From positions 347,525 to 411,524 of the forward strand of contig NW_021825194.1 in the NCBI RefSeq assembly GCF_006345805.1: a stretch of 64,000 nt of DNA. The letters run 5' to 3'. Below, piece by piece: positions 53,543 through 64,000 of the stretch; the first letter of the stretch is position 1, and the number at the start of each line of letters is the position of its first letter. Below the pieces are notes generated by a model, which was not told the origin of the DNA, did not search any database, and was given only the letters and a program-made list of their open reading frames with translations. The translations under genes and the position numbers were made by a program. The DNA is from Octopus sinensis (Eukaryota).

Positions 53543-53782
53543 AACAACAAACAAGATGAGGACAAATATCCGTCAAATGTAAATAATGTAAATAATTCCT
53601 CATCTCTCAAATATAGAACTGTATAAAAATAAGTACCAGTTGAACACGGGTCCATGCAATCGACTTTTTCCCTCTGAAATTGCTGGCTTTGTATCAAAAT
53701 TTGAAATCAATATTTCTGTGTAAAGCATGGTCAGACTACCATTCTGTTATCTGAAATAATTGTGTTGTCAGATTACATACAA

Positions 53783-54013
53783 GTCGGCGAGCTGGCAGAA
53801 ACGTTAGCACGCCGGGCGAAATGCTCTGTGGTATTTCGTCTGCTGCTACGTTCTGAGTTCAAATTCCGCCGTGGTCGACTTTGCCTTTCATCCTTTCGGA
53901 GTCGATAAATTAAGTACCAGTTACGCACTGGGGTCGATATAATGGACTTAATCCGTGTGTCTGTCCTTGTTTGTCCCCTCTGTGTGTAGCCCCTTGTGGG
54001 TAATAAAGAAATA
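53783..54013 (+). mobile_element. SINE family B, full length
   Basis: Head with A/B boxes through to ccccttgtgggtaataaagaaata. Confidence 0.92.
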
Positions 54014-54685
54014 GATTACATACAATAATATAGTCGATCATGTGACCGTGTCCGGACCTAGGATACCTCTAAGTATCTGCACAAGAAAAGAACAAAATCC
54101 CATTTGAGTCTATTTTACCAATTCCATGTCTGCCAAGACTATTAGACCTGAGCATTAAACTCCCATTAAAACAATCTTGTCGTTGTACGGAACTTCGTTC
54201 CGTAATTCTCTCAAATCAGAAGAGAACTTCAATCGACAGGGAGTTGTGTTTGTTTGCTTATTCTTAATTATGAACCCTACCTCTTATTCTGGGTTTTTTT
54301 TCTGTCTAAGATTTACCAATCCAGAAAAACGGTATATCTTCCAGCTAATTCTTTCAGTTGATCACATACTGGAAGTCTTATCTCCCATACATAGAAAAGC
54401 AGTGTCATTCTAAAAAGGCTGCTTTGTAATTAAGAAGAGAACACTAATCATTAAATTGCTCACAAGTGTTTCACAGAACAGCCATCGATTTCTTACCAGC
54501 ATATATGCAAAGCTCCCGCTCGGGACGACCTCCAGTAGTATCCTTCAACTGTCACTGTCACTATCACTTCATCGCCATAGTTTTTTTGTTTTTTTTTTAC
54601 TTTTTTCGTCATGAACGACATGCACTATGAATTTGATTACTGTAGCCTTTGTTTGTGCTTAACAAAATCCATTCTCTCCACCTAG

Positions 54686-54703
54686 ATAGCATTGCTCGTA
54701 CTG
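54686..54703 (+). other. Candidate 18-nt microexon
   Basis: cttaac...attctctccacctAG|ATAGCATTGCTCGTACTG|GTaagc. Confidence 0.35.
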
Positions 54704-54929
54704 GTAAGCCTTATTTACCATATTCCTGCAGATTTTGCAAACTAAGGGAAGCGGCACTACACAAGTAAACTGCTCCATAATTTGTTTTTTTCCGGGGTGA
54801 TGGCTTGGAAATACTCAAGGTGTCCTTTGCTATTGAATACACTCCCCCACATCATACATATAAACATATATGCACATTATTGGATGGTAGTTGACTCTCA
54901 TAAATTCCTCCGCCTCTCTCTCTCTCTCG

Positions 54930-55013
<84 letters not shown>

Positions 55014-55301
55014 ATATAATGTGTACAGGTAGATGCTCTTAAAATAGAGTTAATGCAAGAAACATATAGTTATATTTGTAGCCTAAAATTTTAGAAATAT
55101 ATATTTTAGCAGGTTCTGTACCAACATGAACAATCCCACTCCGGCAACTACTGTAAAGAGACAAGCACAAACACTGACAGACAAACAGACATACATACAC
55201 GCGCGCACGCACACGCTCACGCAAGCATGCATACAAGGATTCACATTCACACATCCATACATACACACATACGTGTGTGCGCATGCGTGTGTGTGTGTGT
55301 G

Positions 55302-55338
<37 letters not shown>

Positions 55339-55895
55339 ATTTTGTGCCTAGTTATGAAAATCAACTATTTAGAACTCCAGCAGTCCAGCCAGCAATCAGG
55401 AAAGCGAGGAACCTGGCGGGGAATCCGATGATATAACGCAGAAGTGGCGTAGATCGTTTTGAAACCAATAAAAATGAATGTAAGAGTGACACAGCATAAA
55501 ACATTACAAAGTCTCGAAGAGAGCACAGGGTTTCGGTTTGGGAAGACTAAACTAAATATAAACTATAATAAACTAAATATTTTACAAATTGAATATAAAT
55601 AAAATTGATTATGGATTGAACGATTCATTTCTTGACTTCTAGAGATTATCAAGTAAATCTACCAAAACGTTGTTTGATTTATTTTGTTTAACAATAACAA
55701 TAATGTTTTAGTAACCATGAAAACTTAATTTCCAGTTAAAGCTATCTCGTTTGGGTTGTCTTGTCTAAAAATACAAACTGCAATATTTATTAAAATAGAC
55801 ATGTTCTCTATTACAGTAAGAATAAGCACTGCAATCCAGTCGAAAGAAATTCAGTGCACTTACACTGTATATGCCTTAGGAAAGTAACGAAGCCT

Positions 55896-55963
<68 letters not shown>

Positions 55964-56240
55964 CTCTCTTTCTCTCTCTCTATCTCTTTCCCACTTTCTC
56001 TTTCTCTTTCTGTAATAAATTTACATATTTGTTATGAAAATCTTTTTCAGAGATAGTTTTGGGGAATATCTTTTTGTTGAGTAACCTAAATTATAATCGA
56101 AACGAATAACACAAAATCATAATTTTGTTTGATTGTATGGTTACTTTTACCAGCAACCATGCAATGAAAAGAAATCAATTTGTAAAAGTAACACCAGTAA
56201 AAAATAATATGATAGAAGTTTTCTTTAAAGATATTATATA

Positions 56241-56411
56241 GGCGCAGGAGTGGCTGTGTGGTAAGTAGCTTGCTAACCAACCACATGGTTCCAGGTTCAG
56301 TCCCACTGCGTGGCATCTTGGGCAAGTGTCTTCTGCTATAGCCCCGGGCCGACCAATGCCTTGTGAGTGGATTTGGTAGACGGAAACTGAAAGAAGCCTG
56401 TCGTATATATG

Positions 56412-56448
<37 letters not shown>

Positions 56449-56670
56449 GTTTGTGTGTCTGTGTTTGTCCCCCTAGCATTGCTTGACAACCGATGCTTGT
56501 GTGTTTACGTCCCCGTCACTTAGCGGTTCGGCAAAAGAGACCGATAGAATAAGTACTGGGCTTACAAAGAATAAGTTCCGGAGTCGATTTGCTCGACTAA
56601 AGGCGGTGCTCCAGCATGGCCGCAGTCAAATGACTGAAACAAGTAAAAGAGAAAGAGAAAGAGAGAGAAA
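56241..56670 (+). mobile_element. SINE family A, full length
   Basis: tRNA-like head, internal (TA)/(TG) tract, 3' gctccagcatggccgcagtcaaatgactgaaacaagtaaaaga tail. Confidence 0.95.
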
Positions 56671-57284
56671 GAGATTATTATCCAGAAACAAAATATGGAC
56701 ATTTAATAGTGACCATCCTTATAGCCTATTGATTATAGATAATCTGCTTCATGAAATTTCTTCCAGGAAATCAGAATGGTTAAAATGGTGATCCATACTA
56801 CTTTATAGCACCTACTTACGCATGGGTAAACTTAATGGTGCATGTTTTGACCATGGACGCAGCATAGATTTGATGACAGGAAAGAAAGTGGCAATTCTTT
56901 GTTTGTTTGGACTCACCACTTGTTCTGATTCTCTTAAATACGTTTATCATCAAACCAAAGAAAAAGAAAAAACAAAGTGAAGAGGAGAATAAGATGTCAT
57001 GGTTAATGCATTTCGGCTATTTTAAAGATTTTAAACATATAAAATGTTTATAAAATATAATATATAAAGTATATGAAATGTTGTTTAGTGTCGTTGAAAA
57101 GTCATTGGATTGAACGACATATTTTCATTAATTCGCCATAAAATATTGTGTTGTCTGATGCCTCTTTATCTTTACTTTCTTGGTCTTTATTTAAGTTTCT
57201 TCATTCATCGTCATTTACATTGAAATGGAAAATGTTGATTGAAAAATTAAGCAAGAAACCGTCGAGCGCTATCTTCTCAGTCCT

Positions 57285-57285
57285 G

Positions 57286-57346
<61 letters not shown>

Positions 57347-57460
57347 GAGGAGGAGGAGGAGGAGGAGGAGGAGGAGGAGGTGGTGGTGGAGGAAGAGGTG
57401 GTGGAGGAGGAGGTGGTGGTGGTGGTGGTGGTGGAGGAAGAGGTGGTGGAGGAGGAGGTC
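57285..57460. repeat. Compound (GTA)n-(GGA)n-(GGT)n microsatellite
   Basis: Direct reading. Confidence 0.95.
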
Positions 57461-57477
57461 GATGAGAAGGTCGAGGT

Positions 57478-57740
57478 GAACCAAAACTGAAAGAAGCCCG
57501 TCGCATATTTATATATATATTTGTGTGTGAGTGTGTGTGTGTGTGTGTGTGTTTGTATGTGTATGTTTGTCCCCCCTCCCGATACTGGTGTGTTTGCGAC
57601 CCCGTAACTTAGCGGCTCAACAAAAGTGACCGGTAAAATAAGTACTAGGCTTACAAAGAATAAGTCTTGGGTCGATTTGCTCGACTAAAGGGGGTGCTCC
57701 AGCATGGCTGCAGTCAAATGACTGAAACAAGTAAAACAAT
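57478..57740 (+). mobile_element. SINE family A, 3' part
   Basis: aaactgaaagaagcccgtcg...gctccagcatggctgcagtcaaatgactgaaacaagtaaa. Confidence 0.85.
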
Positions 57741-58190
57741 GTATGTATATATATAGTACAAAGTAAGATAGGGGTTATGGGTGTAACCCACTATGGGATA
57801 TCATTTATCCAATATACTGTTGGTAAAGTACCCAAATTCTTAATACATAAATGTTTTTAATTGCAATGCAATTAATTCATTTATTGTATTAAACGGGTGA
57901 AGGTAAAGAAATATTTTTACCGTAAATTTATAATACAAATAAGAAAATGGAGAAACAAATTCAGATTGTTCATCAACTTACGGATATTATAATGTTAGAT
58001 TACTTATTCATTTTACAAATGAGAACATCAAAAGCATACAAAATATATAAATCAATAGATAATATAATAATAGAAATACCGTTTTTAAAAGCCGGATATG
58101 CTTACTACCGTGTGTGATATTCTGATGTCGCTTAGTCAGAAATGCAAAGGGTAAGTTTTCTAGCATTTTTAAATTTATAACTATCGGAAT

Positions 58191-58246
58191 ATTATGTTGA
58201 TAAGGAAATGAATTTTATAACTCTAATCCAGAAACGCGTCCATAAT
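58191..58246 (+). ncRNA. Degenerate minimal hammerhead-like motif
   Basis: ATTATG-TTGATAA-GGA...TCC-A-GAAAC-GC-GTC-CATAAT; 6-bp helix I, palindromic ACGCGT; two core transitions. Confidence 0.5.
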
Positions 58247-58544
58247 TAACCGAAGACTGTTTGATCTCATTATTTTCCTTCTTTTTTTGCCTGTGTGAGT
58301 TACAGAGAGGGTTGTCTGTGGAGTCATATTTTGTAGCGAAAAGAAATAACGGTCTTTTGGCTGCTATTTCTAAATTTTCGGTATGTGGTTAAACCCTTAA
58401 TTATTGTTATAATTATATATAAAACTTCTTGTATGAGTTTTTACCGAATTTGGTTCCTTTCCATATCGAAACTACTAGGTGAAATTTATTAATTATAAAT
58501 TAATAATTTTTTACCCTATATCTATAATATATATATATATACAA

Positions 58545-58702
58545 TGGACTTCTTTCGGTTTCCGTCTACCAAATCCACTCACAAGGTTTTGGTCGGACCG
58601 AGGCTATAGTAGAAGACACTTGCCCAAGGTGCCACGCATTGGGACTGAACCCGGAACTATGCGGTTAGGAAGCAAGCTGCTTACCACACAGCCACTCCTG
58701 CG
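58545..58702 (-). mobile_element. SINE family A, 5' half
   Basis: Reverse complement of cgcaggagtggctgtgtggtaag...ggatttggtagacggaaac. Confidence 0.85.
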
Positions 58703-58844
<142 letters not shown>

Positions 58845-58853
58845 ATATACGAT

Positions 58854-59526
58854 ATAGTGTATATTTAACACATAAGAAATCCACTTATATGGATTCTACA
58901 CGCTAGAGAGAACAGTTAGGTTCTATAACCACAAAAGTTGGGGATAAAATTCAACAGGAATAAATTTGGAAATGAAAAACATTTACCATCTAGTTTCCTG
59001 GACCAACTGGTTTCTGATATTCTTTTAGCGAGTCAAGAGGAACTCACTAGGTCTGATCTTCAGCAGGTCCAACCTAGGGTTAAACATATACACACGAGAC
59101 AAACAAAACCACTTCTCTCGTGTTTATACGAACTAACTTTTCAAATTTTACTGCGCAGTCGCAGTCCTTCGCTGGCCATAATAAAAACCGCCAACTTTTA
59201 ACCAAAAATTATCCAAAAACTTACAGTATTTAGTCATATCAAAGGGAAATGGAAATTAATTAAAATTTACATTTCCAGTGGTCTAACGTGTAAAAAAATT
59301 TAGTCAAAAAGACTATATATTAGTCATACAATATAGTGTATATTTAAACACATAAAGAATCCACTTATAGGGGTTCTACACGCTAGAAAGAACAGCTAAG
59401 TTCACACGCTAGAAAGAACAGCTAAGTTCACAAAAATTGGGGATAAAATTCGACAGGAATAAATTTGGAAATGAAAAACATTTACCATCTGCATCTAACG
59501 AAGGACTGCGACTGCTCAGTAAAATT
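58854..59526 (-). repeat. Tandem ~479-bp unit (1.3 copies) plus short inverted piece; same family as 5667-6825
   Basis: atagtgtatattt at 58854 and 59333; 59499-59526 is the inverted copy of 59144-59171. Confidence 0.85.
58997..59067 (-). ncRNA. Variant hammerhead-like motif with intact core
   Basis: CCTG-CTGAAGA-TCAGACC-TAGTGAGT/ACTCGCTA stem-AAAGAATATCA-GAAAC-CAGTTG-GTC-CAGG. Confidence 0.55.
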
Positions 59527-59587
59527 ATATATATATATGTGTGTGTGTGTGTATGTGTGTGTGTGTATGTATATGTATATGTATATG

Positions 59588-59675
<88 letters not shown>

Positions 59676-60226
59676 GTATGTATGTATATATATATATGTG
59701 TGTGTGTGTGTGTATAATACGACGGTATATACCAAATAAATAAGAAATATATAAGAAATATATATCAATTGAAATGGCTCGTTGTTACAATGTAACATAC
59801 AACTTTTTCGAGTTGTAGTACATTGATTATTCGCAGTACTGATATTCATTCTGCAGGTTGTTAAATTCATCTTTTGTTGACTGCTAGAATACTAGTGAGA
59901 AAAGGAGAGAGTAAAAGCTGCGTGTAGGCTCTTGCATAAGATGCTTCTCCATCGGCACTGAAAGAAAGAAGGAGAACCGAATTTGGTTTCTGTATTTATA
60001 TTTGTTGGAAAGCTGGATGTAGGTCAGGGAATAATAGAAAGTGATGGGTTTTATCTCTCCCGACATGTATTTAATCCAAGACCGTTAACTTATACAATAG
60101 AACTTAACTGTGACAGCTGACACTCATAAATTTTTTAGGCCAAAACCATGAACAATAGAAGAGGAACTTGCAGAGAAATGTAGATTCGGTTTCGAATCCT
60201 AGCTTAGAATTTAGGAAGCCATGCAT

Positions 60227-60257
<31 letters not shown>

Positions 60258-60260
60258 TAC

Positions 60261-60316
<56 letters not shown>

Positions 60317-61077
60317 ATATTAATGTTTATGTCAAGCTATAAAACAATGTTGCATTAAAGTGAAGGATTATTCAAAAACTTTCAACAGATTACATGCTTA
60401 TAATATAATAAATACACGCGCGCGCGCACACATACATACATACATACATACATACATACATACATACATACATACATACATACATACATACATACATACA
60501 TACATACATACATACATACATACTACTACTGTCTTTCTGACCTGGCTTCTTTCAAGTGTGGACGGCTTTCCTTGTCTCGCTAGCCGTTTTCAAAGCGTTC
60601 AAAATATTTTTTCTTTCGTTCTGGCTTAACAGCCCTCCATGTTCGTGCTACTGTTATTTTCCTTGTCCTGTCTTTTACTGTTAATATTTTGTACTGTCTT
60701 TACTTGTCCTGATTTTGTTACCATTTTTATCCCTCCGCAAAAAAATCTCAAATTTTATTTAATTTGCTTTTGCGGAAAGGACTGTTTCAACGAAATCGTG
60801 TCTCGCTTTTACCTTCGAACGCGGAGTGGATGAAACTGAGGCGGCTGAAGAAGGAGAATGTTCCTTGTGTTGTATGTCTTGTACTCTATTTTTTCGTTGT
60901 TTAAGAAAAATGTCCATTTCTTTGGTTTTGTGTCTGTTTTCGTTTCTCATTATGTTCGACGTTTTTTTGGTGTCCGGTACCCATATATGCATGTATATAT
61001 ACATATAGATGTACGTACATATATGTATGTATATATGCATATGTTTTATTTATTAATTTGTTATATATATATATAAT

Positions 61078-61144
<67 letters not shown>

Positions 61145-62226
61145 ATATATAATATATGCATATATATATGGATGCCGGTAAAAATTTACGAGCAAATTTA
61201 TCGAGCAATATTTAAAAATAGTAAATCTCTTATTATAAAAGGCAGATTTTATCTGCCTCCCTTTGTCTCTTATAGAAATCTACAATATAGGATTTCTTCA
61301 ATTACAATTTACCTAGCATTTTTAAGAGTAGAATGCATCGGGTCTTGCCAGGTCCGGTTTTTAAAATTTCAACCCCAATTAAGCAAAATTTAGAGAAAAC
61401 TCACATTGTGGTGTGTGAGTCAAGTGCTTTTCTTAGTGTGGGCTAAAGCACACGCACACACACACACACACAAAAAGGGAGTGATCTGATTCACTCACGC
61501 TATCACTCTAATTTCTACGACTTTCTCTTTGCAAGTTTGCAACGATTAAAGTGAAACTACTTCGATAAAACGAGAGAAGTGTACCTTAAACCACTACTAA
61601 AAAAAAAACAGTAAACAGAAACAAATAAATACGTAACGATTTACTCCTCACACAATTTCTTCAATTAGAGTTTACACATGATTTTTCAAAGTACTTCCGT
61701 TGGGTCATGCCATAAAAAATTTCTTTCAATTTTACCCCCAATTAAGACAAAATTCGAGAAAACTCAATATTTTAATATTTCACTCCGAAAGCATTGATGT
61801 ACATGTGTGCGTGCGTGAGTGTGTGTGTGTCATTCCTCACACACACGCATACACATACATATATGACAGTGACAAATACATACGTTTCAAACAACTACAT
61901 ACAAACACGCGTGTGTTTGTTAAAAAACGCGCCAAACACAACTCACTTCTCATTCCAACACATTTGCAAAGACACACGGACGGTCGAATTGCTATAACAA
62001 TACAGAAAAGGTAAATTGGTTTTTATTTTACTTTCTGTCGTTAAATTTTGGTAGTATTAATTGGCGAGCCATACATACATAAATATATACACATATTCTG
62101 TATATATTTTATTATATAATATTATATATAGATATATGTATATATAATTTGCAGTATGAAACAGTGTTTATGTATAAACAGACGACACTTATATATAGTT
62201 ATTAATAAATGTATGCATCCGCTTAA

Positions 62227-63302
62227 CCTTTTCGTTACCAAACCGCCCGAAAAAAAATTTGGTTAATGTGACCAAGCCGCCCAAAACTGCCCGAATTTAC
62301 CTATTCATATTTAAATGAGAATATCAGAGTAAATCTCTTTAGTACATTCGTGAAAACACGTATTATACTTCGTAAACAGTTCAACTACAGTTTTGTACAA
62401 AAATCGAAGTGTAATTTTAATTCCGTGAATTATGGGAGATTTTTTTTCCGAAATTTGTTCCTATTGTGTTTTCAAAATTTGTAATTCTGACAAAAACTGG
62501 ATACGAATTTCATTATATCAAGCAGCGAGTCAGAATTCGAAGGATTTTCTACTGAAGACCTTCATAAATCTAACTCTATGACTGAAAAAAAAAAGCATGT
62601 GATATTTGATAATGAATCTGATGTTTCATTTTCCGAAAGTGAAAACAGTGAATCCGAGAGCTCCGGCAGCGATAAAGAAAATTAATTGGCACCTGAATGG
62701 AGTGAAAATTTAAAAACTGTTTCTTTCGGTGATTTTTCTGAAGAAACTGGACCAAGCCACAGAGTTTCCCAGAAGAGTAAAGCCTTAGACTATTTCTTTT
62801 TACTTTTTCGAATGAGCCCATTTGAAATCATTACGGCGGAAACGAACTGTTACGCTAAACGTAAACAAAGCGAAAGAAAGGATAGTTTGTTATTTCCACA
62901 ACCTTAAATGAAATTAAGGCCTATTTTGCCATAAATATTATTATGGGTATCAGAAAGTTACCCAGAATAACAAATTCTATCGTAAAATTTTGTTGTATAC
63001 CCAATTGAATATTAGCTAATAACCCATTTTCTATAGCGATGTTTGAACAAAATTTTAATAATTTTATATATTGTTGAATTTACCTGTATCTACCTGCAAT
63101 TAGAGTCACTTTGTGACAAAAATTATAGTATAGAATTGGTTGAGAATATTTCATTAAATTATCTTCCAAAATTCATGTTAAATATTGATAAATAAAAAAG
63201 TTATAGTTCTTTAATGAAACCAGACTAAATTTATGATTACGTTAGAAATTAATTGAAACACATAAGGGGTGTATTTTGGTCAGAAATATAGTAACGAAAG
63301 GG
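62227..63302 (+). mobile_element. Internally deleted piggyBac element with intact ends
   Basis: TTAA|ccttttcgttac ... gtaacgaaaggg|TTAA; ORF 62686-62907 FSEETGP...ALDYFFLLF...ETNCYA, then EIKAYFAINIIMGIRKLP (PGBD-type transposase N-half). Confidence 0.85.
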
Positions 63303-63415
63303 TTAAGAAAAACAAAAAAAATATTTTATTCTTTATGAATGTTGTGTTCAAAATAACATTTTCTTTTAAGAATGTGTATATAACAAAGTATGTGTATATA
63401 ACTACGTGGCTTATA

Positions 63416-63792
63416 TCTTTATATATAAAAGTGAAGTTGTGTGTCTGTCTCTTACGACTTAGATTCGTAACTACTCCCACATTTTACGGTGCGGTTTAAC
63501 CAAAACCGGGTATCTTATAGTCGTGATTCATATCGAGCCCTTCTGGGTATTAGCGCGCGTCTACGATGAGTCTACGATTTAAAAAAAAATTTACCATCAT
63601 ATTTTTCCATTTTAATGCATTTTTTTCGCTATTATATAAGGGAAGTAACTCAACGATTTAAAAAAAAAATTTACCTTAATTTTTTTTCCATTTTTAATGC
63701 ATTTTTTTGCTATTTTTTGGCTATAACTCTCTAAAAATGCTTATATAGTTATTTCCCTAACAAACCCGAGCAACGCCGGGCGATACTGCTAG
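63416..63792 (+). mobile_element. Non-autonomous Helitron (same family as 37474-37866)
   Basis: A|TC start, CCCG...CGGG hairpin, CTAG|T end. Confidence 0.85.
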
Positions 63793-64000
63793 TAGGGTAA
63801 TAAAAATAAATTATAATTTGCGTCTGCGCACTGGTCTGAAAAGTTAGGGTATACAGATCGTTGGATTTGCACGTGCTTCTAACGGTATGTACATCTCGGA
63901 TTACAAAGGCTTCTAGCTGATGATTCTGGCCTTGGCAGATAAATTCTATTCATTTGCTAAAAAAAAGATGAAACTGCAGTATAGGATTAACTGAGACGGT

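Noticed and set aside
57340-57460. Poly-Gly/poly-Pro ORFs and G-quadruplex potential
   Set aside because: Explained by a GGA/GGT microsatellite adjoining a SINE fragment

Overview
AT-rich, microsatellite-dense eukaryotic DNA, most likely an octopus/cephalopod intronic or intergenic region (inferred from the SINE families and the repeat landscape). I found no intact protein-coding gene, rRNA, genuine tRNA or CRISPR array. Nearly all ORFs in the track are microsatellite artefacts or decayed transposon frames. The window holds remnants of Penelope-like elements (PLE; RT and GIY-YIG), R4/Dong-like, RTE and L1/Tx1-like LINEs, a Ty3/Gypsy element, two mariners, a hAT, an internally deleted piggyBac with intact ends, non-autonomous Helitrons and two abundant tRNA-derived SINE families. 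The strongest hidden signal is about 11 type I hammerhead-ribozyme (HHR)-like motifs from about 6 unrelated repeat families. These include (a) a ~480-bp tandem-repeat family whose units each carry a variant HHR with a palindromic helix III and a covarying extra stem, which resembles a retrozyme or PLE terminal repeat, and (b) a palindromic element joining a tRNA-Ser-like Pol III head to a hammerhead-bearing tail. An 18-nt microexon candidate sits in unique sequence near 54.7 kb. All RNA structures were folded by eye and none has been tested.
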